A DNA stretch of 64,000 nucleotides from Malacoraja senta (GCA_038087875.1 CM075988.1:8930001-8994000); one strand, 5' to 3'; shown: positions 25,621-41,370, numbered from the stretch's first letter. The notes: generated by a model not told the origin, from the letters alone. Numbers and translations: made by a program.

Positions 25621-26670
25621 ATTTTTAATTTTTTTATTTATTAGAAGTACATTACATTACAACCACATACATTAGTACTCGTCACTTATGTCTTCTTACA
25701 ATTAATGTACTCCATTTGTTTTTTACACTAGTAAAAGGAAAAGATAAGATTGAAAGAAAGAAGAAAGTGAAGGAAAAAGTGAGAGTGTAGAAAATGTGAC
25801 AACAAAAAAGGACGAAGACCCTATAAGAACAAAATTAAAAACAAAAGAAAAAGAGTTAAGAAATAGACCCTAGAAAAGAAGGAGAAAGAGAAAGAGGAAA
25901 AAGAGAGAAACAAATATTTTTTATGAGCATTACGCAAATGGGACATACCAACTCTTCAACTATCATCCCCCCTTACCTGACCTCAAATTTTTTTTTAAGG
26001 TACCTTTGCACCCTATATTTGTAATAATTCTATAAATGCAGACCACGTCAGGTGGAAGTGATCTGGTTTACCTGCTAGGAGGAGTCTTATCTCTTCTAGG
26101 TGTAATGTTTCGAACATATTTGAAATCCACATGTTTATAGTTGGTATTGGAGCCTTCTTCCAAAATTTTAGAATTAGCTTTTTCCAGTTATTAACCCATA
26201 GTCTATTAGTTTCTTTTGAAACACATTTAGTTCTGGACCATCTTCCGTTATTCCGAAGATAATCCATTCTGCTTTGGGTATCAGTCTTATTTTAAATAAT
26301 TTTGTAAAGATTTCGAAAATTTAATTCAACATTTTTTGAAATTTTGTACAGAAAACGAATGAGTGCGCTATAGTAGCTTCTTTGGATTGACATTTATCAC
26401 AAATAGATGATACATTTGGGAAAATTTTATGAATTTTAGTTTTGGAATAATATAATCTATGTAAAATTTTAAATTGTATTAAAGTGTGTCTTACATTAAT
26501 CGAACATTTATGCACGTTTAATAAGTGTTCATTCCAACTTTCCTTTGAAATTTTAATAGCTAACTCTTGTTCCCAGTCTCTTCTGATACCCTCCGTAGAT
26601 GGTATTTGTACATTTAAGATAATATTATACAAATATGATATTAAGTTTGCTGATTCAGCTTTTATCTGCA
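25620..26670 (-). mobile_element. L1 LINE 3' end in opposite orientation
   Basis: QFKILHRLY, CDKC...HSFVFC, WKKLILKFWK motifs; T-rich 3' UTR and AATAAA on minus strand; same 3' UTR as 62115-62530. Confidence 0.88.
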
Positions 26671-27217
26671 TGACGGCGAAAAGCAGAGGGGGAAGAGGCG
26701 ATGTTTGGCTTGAGCCAGCGTGAGAGAGACGGCCCGGGGGGGGGGGGGGTGTGTGTAGTGGAGGAGAGGCCGGGCGGCAGCAGCGAAAATCGCCAGCGAA
26801 ATAATTAAAATGTCGCCGTTTGTGGAGCAGAGCCGGGCGGCAGCAGCCGTTATGGCGGCTGGTCAGCAGGAGGCGACAAAATGAATGAGTGGAGGGGGGG
26901 GAGGGGATGAATTTTATTTAAAAATGTGTCCATAAAATTGTCTAAATTTAATAAGGAGTGTATTAGGGGATGTAAAAGTGTAATGTCTAGCGAAATGGAA
27001 AGAATCTCGGAGTTTTCGCGTGTGGTTTTGGCGGACCAAGGAATCAAAGGCCAAAACTGACACACACACACAACACACAACACACAACACACAACACACC
27101 ACACACCACACACCACACACCACACACCACACACCACACACCACACACACCACACACACCACACACACACACATACACACACACACACACACACTTAAAA
27201 GTATATAGATAGATAGA
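26670..27217 (-). mobile_element. Helitron 5' part
   Basis: Minus strand starts TCTATCTATCTATATACTTTTAA at 27217; subterminal region resembles 28450-28692. Confidence 0.65.
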
Positions 27218-28692
<1,475 letters not shown>

Positions 28693-28738
28693 TTTAAACG
28701 ATACAAAAATGGAAATAATAATAACATTGTTTTTGTAG

Positions 28739-29245
28739 GATAAGGTAATGCGCGCAAAACAATTTCGAGAAGATGCCACCACAGATGTCAAGACAGTTCC
28801 AGTGGAAGAAATATCCCAAGAGTTAGTTGGGTCCGCACCAGAAAAAGGCGCTTCAGACACCACAGACTCGAAGTTGACTGATGAGACATCTGTGGAAGTT
28901 CCAATAGAAGCCACCACATCTCCGATAACGGCAGCAGGTCCAGAAGAAAGATCATTGGAAGCCACCACTTCTCAGGCGGTTGCAGTAGCCCCAGAAGGAA
29001 GTCCTGGTGAAATAACTGAGACTCAACCAATCACAGAAGCATCAGTACCAGGAGAAATTGAAGCCACTGCATCTGAATTCATCACAGATGCATCGAATCG
29101 AGGTTCTTTGGAAGAAACAACCTCACAGGTGATTGCAGCACCATTAGAAGGAGAGTCAAAGGAAGATGAATCTACTCAAATGATGGCAACAACATCAGCA
29201 CAAGACCAAGATGAAAAAATTCCATCCTCTGAGAAACCAAGTGCA
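28739..29245 (+). CDS. SPA17: SPA17 large acidic T/S/E-rich exon
   Basis: tttttgtag acceptor, GCA/gtaagt donor; 507 nt (169 codons), phase 0-0, in frame with ORF 28748-29323; non-TE protein-like composition. Confidence 0.8.
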
Positions 29246-29464
29246 GTAAGTAACGCTTTAGCTTATCAATCTAACAATGAGTACATTGTCTTTATTTTTT
29301 ATTCATTATTCAAGCATTCTTAATTTTTAAAGGTTCTGGCCTAGAAATGTATCGAGGCAGCACTAAAAAGTAGTGCTGCACAATTGAAATTTGCATTATC
29401 TTGGAACAGAACAATTTTGTCCACATTTCTGGGAGCATTATCAATCCATGGGAAATTTCCCTCT

Positions 29465-31745
29465 TAGAAACATAGAAAATAGGTGCAGGAGGAGGCCATT
29501 CGGCCCTTCGAGCAGCACTGCCATTCATTGTGATCATGGCTGATCGTCCCCAATCAATAACCCATGCCTGCCTTCTCCCCATATCCCTTGATTCCACTAG
29601 CCCCAAGAGCTCTATCTAACTCTCTCTTAAATCCATCCAGTGATTTGGCCCTCCACTGCCCTCAGTGGCAGGGTTTCAACAAATTCACAACTCTCTGGGT
29701 GAAAACGTTTTTTCTCACCTCAGTCTTAAATGGCCTCCTCTTTTTTCTAAGAGTGTGGCCCCCTGGCTCAGGACTCGCCCAACATTGGGAACATTTTTCC
29801 TGCATCTAGCTTGTCCAGTCCTTTTGTAATTTTATATGTTTCCATAAGATACCCCCTCATCCTTCTAAACACCAGTGAATATAGCCTAGTCTTTTCAATC
29901 TTTCCTCATAAGAGAGTCACGCCATCCCAGGGATCAATCTCGTGAACCTACGCTGCACTGCTTCAATCACAAGGATGTCCTTCCTCAAATTAGGAGACGA
30001 AAACTGTACACAATACTTCAGATGTGGTCTTACCAGAGCCCTATACAGTACAACTGCAGAAGAACCTCTTTACTCCTATACTGAAATCCTCTTGTTATGA
30101 AGGCCAACATTCCATTAGCTTTCTTCACTGCCTGCTGTACCTGCACGCCAACTTTCCAGTGACTGGTGTACAAGGACACCCAGGTCTCGCTGCACCTCCC
30201 CTTACCTAACCTACCCCCATTGAGATAATAATCTGCCCCCTTGTTTTTTGCCGCTAAAGTGGATAACCTCACATTTATCTATATTATACTGCAACTGCCA
30301 CGCATCTGCCCACTCACTCAACCTGTCCAGGTCACCCTGCAACCTCCTAACATCCTCTTCACAGTTCACACTGCCACCCAGCTTTGTATCATCCGCAAAC
30401 TTGCTAGTGTTGCTCCTAATTCCCTCTTCCAAATCATTAATATATATGGTAAACAGTTGCGGCCCCAACATCGAGCCTTGCGGCACCCTACTCGCCACTG
30501 CCTGCCATTCTGAAAAGGACCCGTTCACTCCTACTCTTTGCTTCATGTCTGCCAATCAATTTTCTATCCATGTCAACACCCTACTATGTGCTCCAATTTT
30601 AGTCACCAGTCTCCCGTGCGGGACATTATCAAAGGCTTTCTGAAAGTCTAGATACACTACATCCACTGGCTCCCCTTCATCCATTTTACTTGTCACATCC
30701 TCAAAAAATTCCAGAAGATTAGTCAAGCATTAATCCATGTTGACTTGGACTAATCCTTTTACTGCCATCCAAATGCCCCATTATTACCTCTTTAATAATT
30801 GACTCCAGCATCTTTCCCACCACCAAAGTCAGGCTAACTGGTCTGTAATTTCCCGTTTTTTCTCTCAATTCCTCTACCCCCTTAGATCCTCTGTCCTCCA
30901 GTACATCTGGGAGATTGTTTGTGTCTTCCTTAGTGAAGACAGATCCGAAGTACCTGTTCAACTCTTCTGCCATTTCCTGTTACCCATAATAATTTCACCC
31001 ATGTCTGCCTTCAAGGGACCACATGTGACTTTGCTAACTCTTTTTCCTTTAACATATCTAAAGCAACTTTATTGTCCTTCCTTATATTCCTGGCCAGCTT
31101 CCCCTCGTACTTCATCTTTTCAGCCCATATTGCCCATTTTGTTTCCTTCTATTGTCCTATGAAAGTTTCCCAATCCTCTGGCTTCCGGCTACTCTTTGCT
31201 GTGTTATACATATTTTCTTTTAGTTTTATTCTATCCTAACTTCTCTTGTCAGCCACGGTTGCCTCCTACTCCCCTTAGAATCTTTCTTCCTTTTTGGAAT
31301 GAAATGATCCTGCGTCTCCCGGATTATGCCCAGAAATTCCTGCCATTGCTGTTCCACCGTCATTCCTGCTAGGATCCTTTTCAGGCTACTTTGGCCAGCT
31401 CCCCTCTCATGCCTTCATAGTCCCCTTTGTTCAACTGCATCACTGCCACTTCCGATTTAACGTTCTCCTTCTCAAATTGCAGGTTAAAACTAATCATATT
31501 ATGATCACTACCTCCAAGCGGTTCCTTTACCTCGAGTTCTCTTATCATATCTGGTTCATTGGACAACACTAAATCCAGAGTTGCCTTTTCTCTGGTCGGC
31601 TCCATTACAAGCTGCTCTAAAGAATCCATTTCGGAGGCATTCTACAAACTCTCTTTCATGGGTCCTGAACCAACCTGATTTTCCCAGTCTACCTGCATAT
31701 TGAAATCCCCCATCACCACAGTGGCATTACCTTTGTTACATGCCA
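29465..31745 (-). mobile_element. CR1/HER1 LINE ORF2, decayed and internally deleted
   Basis: VPQGSMLGPQLF, SKFADDTKLGG, NYRPVSLT, LDLVLSN...LGGSDH motifs; tagaaaca tail at 29465. Confidence 0.92.
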
Positions 31746-31779
31746 CGGTTGCCTCCTGACAGGCGAGAGGATCTCAAGG

Positions 31780-31957
31780 TTTTTAAACACTCATAACTTT
31801 TTTACTTTTCATTGATGGGAAAAATCCTCGGGGCCTGCTCAGCGGAGGACTGTGAGTAAATGGCCAAAAATCATAACGATATATGGTAGCGTTTTTTTCT
31901 AAAATCAATATACAGCGCAGACAGGATGTCAAGATGAGACTTTTAATTATATAGATA
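31780..31957 (-). mobile_element. Possible Helitron 5' fragment
   Basis: Minus strand begins atctatataattaaaagtc, resembling the other Helitron 5' ends. Confidence 0.4.
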
Positions 31958-32477
31958 TCTCCAGCGTATTTGAACAAATTGTAAAAAACTTTAAATTAGC
32001 CTTGAGATAGGGGTTGGCACAAAATTATATACTTTTATTTGTATGATTTCTCATATATGCTTTGTAGTATTTCTCCTCCAAACCAGGAATAGTCATTATG
32101 TTTTTTTGGAGCGGGTCAATTTGTGAAACTCTTTATTCTTTGGCAGAGGACATTTTGTCTGATCCTCGTCAGACCTGTGTTAAGCGATATGCCCGATAGA
32201 TAGACGTGAAGAAAATAAATTAGTTTCGACATGGATTAAATTCAACCTCCACCTTTTATAGCATGTTAAATTATAACCCCCAAAAAAAGGCAGTGAATTA
32301 AAATGGTCCAAAATTGAGAATATTATTCTGAAACATGAAAATTCTGTTCTGTAAATCTCACATTTGAACTTCTCACACTTGATATGTCTTTCGCAAACAA
32401 TGTTAGAAGTGTTCAGTAACACTATTTGAACACAAAAAAACCTACATGGAACAATTTTTACTTTTTTTAAATTACAG

Positions 32478-32584
32478 GACCCAAATTTAAATGAAGATGA
32501 GGCTGCAGTGATCATACAGTCAGCATATAGAGGTTACTCTACAAGGAAGTCAATGAAAGAAACTGCAACCCCTCCACCTGATGA
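32478..32584 (+). CDS. SPA17: SPA17 IQ calmodulin-binding motif exon
   Basis: ttttttaaattacag acceptor; DPNLNEDEAAVIIQSAYRGYSTRKSMKETATPPPD fits IQxxxRGxxxR (human AAVKIQAAFRGHIAR); phase-2 donor GA/gtgagt. Confidence 0.9.
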
Positions 32585-33300
32585 GTGAGTTCTGTAATAC
32601 AGTGCCTCAGCTGACAAACAAAAGTGTCCATATCTTCCTATATTTCAATTGCTGGATCTTACAGTATTTTGACTTCACTGCCATTATTGGAAAAGTACTG
32701 CTTGCTTTGTGTTGTGCAGACATTTCAAACACAGGATCAGAGTTATTTAAAAAACATCTATTTCATCAAGGATTTTTCTTTTATACAGAGAACAATAGTC
32801 GTGTTAATTTTTCAAGTACCTCGACTTTCACATGTACACCAATTTAAGAAATAAAAGAAAGCTCTTTGCATTCTTTCAACAAATATTCTTCTGACAAAAT
32901 ATTCTGTTTAAATTGAATAAACCAAACATAGCGAAAGAGCCTTTGAAATTTAATGAATTAATTTTAAAAATGTAGGTATGGAGCTACCAGGATAATAACC
33001 AGATGTGCTAATGCCTCAGAAATTAGAGGGCCTTTTTATAATTCTCTGCATGATCTTGCTGGTGGGGCAAACCACATGAGCGGTAAAATATTCAATTTTG
33101 CCATGTAAGTAGATCTGTTATAGTTCAAATTAGGAAGTTCAATCCCTGAGACTATGTCTTTGTATCTCTTCATTTCATTGACGTTCTAATGTACTGAAAA
33201 TAAAAATATTTCATATGTTCTATAAATGTTAAAAGTCCTCAGCAAAATAAGCAGTCCATACCTGCATGCAACAAGGCCTGGACAACATTTGGGCATGGGC

Positions 33301-33530
33301 TTTAGTTTAATTTAGTTTAGTTTAGAGATACAGCGTGGGAAATAGGCCCATCGGCCCACCGAGTCCATGCCGACCAATGATTGCCCGTACACTAGTTCTA
33401 TCCTTCAGACTAGGGACATTTTACAGAAGCCAATTACCTTACAAAACTTCATGGTCACAAGGAGAACGTGCAAAGTCCGTATAGACAGCACCTGTAGCAA
33501 CTCTACCGTTACACAATGTGCTGCAGTATT
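33301..33530 (-). mobile_element. HE1-like SINE (internally deleted)
   Basis: (tttag)n tail followed by family sequence. Confidence 0.75.
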
Positions 33531-35859
33531 CAGGATCAAGTAGCATTTGCATCACAAACGTATCAGACAATGACCATCCAACAGGAGTGTTCTTAGCACC
33601 TTACCCTTGACATTCAAAGGTAATAATATTTACCAAATCCTCATCTTTAATATCAACATCGACCCTATCATCAATGTCTTGGGGTACAGTTAATTATAAA
33701 CTCAAATGAATCAGCCACCCAAAAATGGTGACCACTAAATACTGGGTATGCTAACTCACATTTGATTGTAAAACCTAACCTTGATTAGTTAGAGCCCATA
33801 ATATTAATAAGAAGCCGACATGCTTCAAAATTGTTTAATTGAGTGTTTTCAATGTAGAATGGTTATGCTTCATTCAATTGCAATTAACTAAATACAAGTT
33901 TTAAATAACTGGCTGTAAACAACTTTATGTATTACAATTAATGATTCTGAATCACTTGAAAACATTTAATCAATTGTAAAACTTATGCTGGTGCATGAAT
34001 CATGCTGCCAGGGTGGTGGAGGTAGATATAATAGTGACATTTAAGAGGCTTTCAGATAGCACATGAATATGCAGAGGCATACAGATCATGTGCAGGCAGA
34101 TGAAATTAGTTTATCTTGGTGTCACATTTGCCCATTGTGGGTCAAAGGACTATTCCAATGTTGTTCCTGTTCTATGTTCCACATGGCCTGCAACTGACCC
34201 TTGTGTCCACCAATTCAGATCAAGGCCTAGACATTGAAAGGAAAAGTGGAGGAAGGAACTACCCTGAATGATTCAATGTACACTGTTGCCAGGCTTGTGG
34301 AAAAGGGCTACTTATGTGTCATTGTCTTAGAAACCAATGTTACAGAGCTGGCCTCTCTGGAGGATTGAGATGGCCACTACAAGGTTAACTATGTTAACGC
34401 TGAAATCCCAAGTGTATGAAAAAGCTCAGTATATTTTTTGTATCTGGTGTCCAGACGGATGGGAACATCCAGTTCTCATGTTGCACAAGATTTTATGCAA
34501 GGCCTGAAACCCATAATTTCTAAAATTGAGGATATGCCCAGCTCCACATTAAGAATTGTGAAACCAACCATGATGCAATCGATAAAGGGGTAGATCTCGG
34601 CTTCCATGAAGCACAGGTTGAAACAACCCAACAATAAAAGTTGCCCTGGGAAGTTCTGATCCCTACCAGCATACCATTGCATCTATGGTTGTCAAGGTCC
34701 TTAATGGTGCCACGTCACTCAGTGATCTGCTCTCTTCCTGGTTCTATGCTAATTGAGGCCCCATCCTGGGATCCATTCAATGTACCTGAAATCATGCTTC
34801 ATGCCTCTGTCTTCAGTGCCATTGCAATAGCCCATAACCCAGCCAGAACAGTTTGCTGCTGCTCATACAAAGAGTACATTTTGATGTTAGTCCATGTGTT
34901 CATCCTTCAAGGCCGTATGAATTTCTAGCTAATCATCCACATGTACCGCAGCAATGCTGGGGAGGGGGGAGCATGGCACAGAAATAGTAGGGCATGCAAA
35001 ATCACATAGAACATTTAGCACTCGGTGTTTATGCTTAGGTTTTATGTCTAGTTTATTATTATCAAGTGTACCGAGACACAGTGAAAAGTGTTGTTATCCA
35101 GGCAGATCGCTCAATACGTGAGTGCAGTCTTACCATACATTACACGACTAGTGCAAAAAGAGAAATAAAACAGAGTGCAGAATATAGTATCACAGCATCC
35201 ACTGCACAGAGCACATCAGTGCACTGCAGTGAAAGGTTTGGTCGGCAGGTAGTAGTGCAGTGGAATATTTGTGCTGAATGGGCTTTTGTAGATGTACTTT
35301 GGAGATCTACTCAGCAGTTTTGGTTTTAAATATAAAAAGATTCTTCAATTCTTTGGTTCAGATTTGCATGATTTGTACAGAAAGAGGTCTGATTTCTGGA
35401 ATGATTACTAACTAGAGAACTGCATCACTCAGTTAATTTGAGTTTCTTTATAAGAATTGGGAATTGTCAGATCAGGTCATTATTCATTCCATATTCCTGA
35501 TCCACTTCAATACTTGTGGTGAGAGGAACTGACACTGGTGTTTTAGGAATAGCTTTGGCATAGCAAGCAGCCGGGAAAGGAAAAGTATATTTCCATGCAG
35601 GAGTGAGTGGAGGGAACTTTCCATTTTGTAGCTGCTAAGAACCCAAATGATAGCTTCTGTTGATGTAAGATTGAGGGTTTTACCTGCAGTGGGAGGAAGC
35701 TTTTCATAGCTTGCTGCCCTCCATTTGAAAAACAGCATACACTGCGCAGATTGCACAAGAGTCGGACTGCATGGGAATCTTTGTGCTGAATGGGCTAGAA
35801 TATTTTTGGAGTGGTACTCAGTGAAGCAAGTTGAGAATATTCTTCTTAGAACTATGGAG

Positions 35860-36570
35860 AATTTATAAGCTGCCCAGCGAAATATGAGATGCTTTCCTCC
35901 AATTTGCGTTAGCCTCACTCTGACAATGCGGGAGACCCAGGGACAGAAAGGTCAGTGTGGAATGGGAAGGAGAATGAATGTGTGTAGCAACTGGGAGATC
36001 AGGTTGGTCCAGGTGGACTGAGCGAAGGTGTTCAGTGAAACGATCGCCCAGTCTACCTTTGGTCTTGCCGATGTATAAGAGTCCACATCTTGAACAACGG
36101 TACAGTAGATAAGGTTGGAGGAGGTGCAAGTAAACCTCTACCTAACCTGAAAGGACTGTCAGGTTAGTGTCAAGTATACCGAGACACAGTGGACAGAGTC
36201 GAGGGAGGGGTAATAGGGACAGGTGTGGTATCTCCTACGGTTGCAGGGGAACTGGGATGGGGGTGGTTTGGCGTGGGAAGGGATGAGTTAAGCAGGGAGT
36301 TGCAGAGGGAACAGTCTCTGCAGAAGGCGGAAAGGGGGTGGAGTTGGGAAAATGTGACTAGTGGGTAGGATCCTGTTGGAGGAGGCGAAAATGTCGGAGG
36401 ATTATATGTTGTATGCGACGGTTGAGGACTGGGGGGGTTTCTGTCCCTGTTGCGACTACGGGGAGGGGGAACAAAGGCGGAGCTGCAATGGATACAGTTG
36501 ATGAGGTTGGAGGAGGTTGCAAGTGAACCTCTGCCAACCTGAAAGGACTGTCGAGGTCCCTGGACAGAGT
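35860..36570 (-). mobile_element. Penelope-like retroelement GIY-YIG endonuclease remnant
   Basis: CSRCGLLYIGKTKGRLGDRFTEHLRSV...LPVATH motif; partial internal duplication (about 36111-36160 and 36503-36550). Confidence 0.85.
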
Positions 36571-38811
36571 CTATATGCAGATTTGATAATTAAAGAGCTC
36601 GTTCAGGTAACTTTGTCATCACTGGTGATCCTTAGGGGCAATGGGAAAGCTTTAATGCCATTTAGCATTTAAGAGGTAATAACAAGACTAACAATATTAA
36701 TAACAATAATTGATAGAGATGGTCATTACAAGGCACTAGTTTGGTATACGTAGCTAGCCAGTTAGTATTTACAAGAGTCAAGAGAGTTTATTGTCATATG
36801 TCCCGAAACGGAACATAAAATTCATATTTGCAGCAGCACAACAGATATGTAAACTAACATTTTATGAACAGCATAATAAACAACAAAAAGTTCAATATAT
36901 GTTTAAAAAAACAACAAAAATAATAGTGTAAAACAATTCAGTTGAATTGAAATCTACAATCTCAGTTGAAATTATGCCAAAGTCTTGTTTTGTTAAGGAA
37001 TGAACCGCAAATCCATGTTCTCACCTGGTAGAGAGATGTTCTCAAGTCAATGGTGGGCACTAACGGCACACCCTGGTCCAGAAAGCTGAATCACAACTTG
37101 AGGACTTCAATGGCATGTGTTGTTAAGGAGAGAAGTGGTAGTTTTTGACCTTCAGAGCCATCCCTGTATCTAGTGTGGTGACTTCATGTAGCCCAGATCA
37201 AGACATTGTCTCAGGAGAAAGGTGCCAGGTGAGCTTCCGAATTCATGATGTTGGCCATAATGATTTTTAATTGGTGGTCACCTGGAATCTGAATGATTCA
37301 GGAAGCACATCCTTGTCTTTGATAATTACAATTTCCTACATGTTTTCTTTCTCTTGTGGGACTTTTGACTCTTTTGTCAATCACCTCACATTTATGACCC
37401 TGTGCCACAGTAATCAAGTTCTTATTTACAGAGGTTTTTATTTCTTCTTTAGATTTTGAAATGTTGGCAATAATACCCAGGTCCCAACCATTGACATTGT
37501 TACACGGAACAGTGATTCTAACATTCTCCTGGAAATCATTGCCACTCTTTTACAGGATTTAAAAAAAAACATTCACTACTATTATATTTCCTTTGACCTA
37601 GCTTATATCTTTGCCACTTTGCATGAGGTCTAGTTTTGCTATATAGGCCAAACATGGGCAGGTGGGACTTGCGTAGATGGGGCATCTTGATCGGCATGAG
37701 TAAGATGGACCTTATGGCCTCTTTCTTTGCTGTATGGCTTTATGACACTGACTTAGTCTATTGTGTAGTATTTTATGTTAGCCTTTTGATGATCCACTTC
37801 AACTACATTGTGCTCATTTACTTTATCCTGTGATTCAATAAACAATTAAATCAGGACTCCTGGATGCAGTCTTATATGAGGTTAATTGATAACAATCATC
37901 CATGCCCTCGTTATAGCTTATTGCATAAGCAACATTTCCATGCAATTCTTTATAATTAAAATGAGTGGTATAGACAAAAGAGCAAACTCAACTTGGTGCA
38001 ATCACACAATAGATTCTAGTCAGCATGAGAAATATTGGTATTGTATGCTCAGGAAAAAAATAATGCTTGTAAAATAAAAAAGTGAGTATGATGACCAGTA
38101 GTTTCTTGCAGCGGTTATTTGCGCGGCACACTGATGAAAATATGCATAGTAGTCAATGAGGAATTGAACTACAATGCTATGCAAATAAGCATGCATTAAC
38201 AATTGGATTTAAAATTTCATGCAGAAAAGTAATGTAGGACCAAAATTAAGGTTTCTTTGTTCTATTGAATCTATTTCTCAAATGTCATTATATTCTGTTG
38301 TGCAGCAGCAAGAATTGCATTCAGATAGTGACTTTCTCAAATTCAGGATGTTATGAGTCTTTTACAGGTTCCAGTGAAGTAATTTTGAAAGGTAATTAAA
38401 GGCATTACTTGGTTTCCCAAAAGTTGCATTCCTATCTTTAGATAGAGGTTTATGGTAAGTTCCAAAGCATTCTGCATTTTAGTTAATTTACCACAAAATA
38501 ATGAAATGAATAGGCTTTTGAATGATAAATTCCAAGAAAACAAATGTTCCTTGCCAACAGTCCATTTCCATTTACAGATGCTGCCTGACCCAGCAAGTTC
38601 CTCCAGGTGCACTCTTTTTTTAAACAAGGCATTGGTTTGAATCAACAATCGTTTTCAATGTAAAATAAACCACACATTCCGATAATGAACCATATATTGC
38701 CAACTTTTTTGTATAAGAAACCATCCATTTTTAATGAAAGATAAAATATTGCAATTCGAGGAACTTGTGAAATTGCATAAAGTCCATGATTTCATTTTGG
38801 TCATCAGTAGT

Positions 38812-39092
38812 TTTGTTTAGAGATACAGTGTGGAAACAGGCCCTTCGGCCTACTGAGTCTGCTTCGACCAATGATCACCCGTATACTAATTACAACCTAC
38901 ACATAAGGGAAATTTACAGTAGCCAAAAACCACGTCTTCGGAATGTAGGAGGAATCTGGAGCACCCGGAGAAAACCCACATGGTCACAGGGAAAACCTAC
39001 AAAATCCATACAAACAGCACCCATAGTCAGGATTGAACCCGGGTCACTAGCTCTGTAATACAGCAGCTCTACCAGGGTGCCACTGTGCCACA
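38812..39092 (-). mobile_element. HE1-like SINE
   Basis: Full family sequence; another partial copy at about 39336-39452. Confidence 0.8.
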
Positions 39093-41063
39093 CTACACAT
39101 TTGATGCACTATCTCATGGAGAACACTGGACATATGCATTGCCCCCCATTGCATGTACCATGTGCCTAAATGACATTTATGTAGTTGTCAATTGCCTATG
39201 TGCATCCTGTGCTTTATAAATTACACATTGTAGAACATAGTGCCATGGTTAGCTCTCTTCTTCTGGCTCCCCATCCTTCTAGCTCCTTCACAAAGAATGA
39301 CGTCTACAAGTTTCTGATCCCTGTCAACCCATAGCCCCACGCAGTCACAGAGAGAACGTACAAACTCCGTCCAGACAGCACCTGTAGTCAGGATTGAACC
39401 CGGGTCTTTGGCACTGTAAGGCAGCAACTCTACCATTGCGCCACTTTGCCGCCCACTCCCCAGCTTAATCACATGTTCTGCAGTACTAGGACACAGGTCT
39501 ACAAGCAAATGTCTGGATGCATATTATACTGTATGTGGTGGGGGTTCTGCCTCCACCATCCTTTCCAGCAGTGAGAAGCTGAATTTTAGACAACTTCCCC
39601 CAACATGTTGGTTGAAAAGCAAAAGCCGTTCCAATCCAACTTTTGTTAATCTTTATTGAAAATATATTAAAAATGTTAGTCCTCAGACAGGAGAGTAACA
39701 ATCTGATTGCATCGCAGACCATTTTACTTTTCGCATAGTTTACCATGAGGATAAATCTCTGAAGTAGCAGCTCAGATCGCATATTTGATTTGTTATTTGT
39801 GCCTGAGCGGATCTTGTATTTATGCTAATCCATCAATCATTCCTTAAATATGTGTGGGCTGAATAGTAGGAACTTCAGGAATATATGAGCCCTATTGACT
39901 TCAATATTGTTGTCATCACTTGACATTATTGCAAAGGATGCTGCAATTTTAGGTGGTTGAATGATGCACAAAACCAATGAAGAAAGATTGTGTAATCATT
40001 TTCACCTACAAAATTTAAAACATATCTTCCCTACCCAATATTATTGAAAACCACAATTTATGAACTTAATAATATTAAAAAATAATGATTTTTGTTGGGC
40101 AGTTCATCAGATTATTCCACATTTCTGTGTTCCTGACATGATGATAAATAAATATAAATAAAATAAATATTTCTGTTTATTTCTTAAGCACAATTCCATA
40201 TATTTTCTTCCACTTATTATACAGATCCCCAATAAAGAGCACGTTAGAGGGCTATGACTGTCAGATTGCATCTGTAAGCCTCGGTTTCGTCCGTAAATGA
40301 TCCAAAACACAAAAAATCAAAGAAAATGGGTAGATATAGAAATGTCACTATTAACGTGGAAGGTTTTTGCCAATTAACTATATTCTCTTTTGTTAAAACC
40401 TGCCAATTGTAACGTGCTGATTTTTTCTTTATTATACCATGCTGCAGTCTAGATGACATGTTTAGACATCTCATTTAGGTCCTTGATAGGACAAGCAAGA
40501 GACATTTGACAGCTATGCCTTCACGTTATTCAAGACAGTGAGAGCTGAACTCCTGTAGTGTATATTTTCTAAAAATAGGATGGACAGTGGAATTGCCGCT
40601 CGATGCAGAGACTTATTCACAGCATAGACCAGGAAGCGAATACAATTGGGCTGTCCATGAAGGATGATCTAAAAGACAGTGAAAGATGAGAGCCCAAGAA
40701 TCAGACAGAAAGATGTTACTCCATTCCTCTATTATTGATGTTTGCAATGAGAATAGGTAAGGTTCTATCACAAATAATAGCATCAAGCTTAGTAATTGTT
40801 CGCTAGTCTAAATCTTTGTCTAGCTGAAATTTGCTATCTTACAGAATGATAAAATTTGTATTAGAAACTTCCAGTTCCTGATTTTTAGCTTCATATTGAA
40901 GAAGTCGAATGAGGATAAAAGAGACTTCAAAAGTCACTTAATGAAGATAAAGCAGGTCAACCAGAGGAAATATTGAAGGCTCATCAAAACAACCAATGGA
41001 AATTAAAAAAACACAGAAAGCCAATGATTGAGGATGAAGTAGACCTAACATCACAAAAGTGAT

Positions 41064-41277
41064 GTGTAGGAAGGAACTGCAGATGCTGGTTTAAACCGCA
41101 GATAGACACAAAAAGCTGGAGTAACTCAGCAGGTCAGACATCATCTTCAGAGAAAAGGAATAGGTAATGTTTCGGGTCGAGATCTGAAGTAGGGTCTCGA
41201 CCCGAAACATCACCTATTCCTTTCTCCAGATTTGCTGTTTGACCAGCTGAGTTACTTCAGCTTTTTGTGTCTATTAT
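41064..41277. mobile_element. Penelope terminal-repeat foldback insertion
   Basis: Near-palindromic arms centred near 41180; 9-bp TSD aaaagtgat (41055-41063, 41278-41286). Confidence 0.8.
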
Positions 41278-41370
41278 AAAAGTGATAATATTTCTGGGAA
41301 AGGCCTGGAAGAAGGAAGTTTGTCTGAACAACCTATTGCACATCAGTAGCTGACATAAATAGAAAGGTTA

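Noticed and set aside
40579..40756. AG...GTAAGG-bounded candidate exon within the last SPA17 intron
   Set aside because: Stops in all three frames and a weak pyrimidine tract; at most a pseudo- or poison exon
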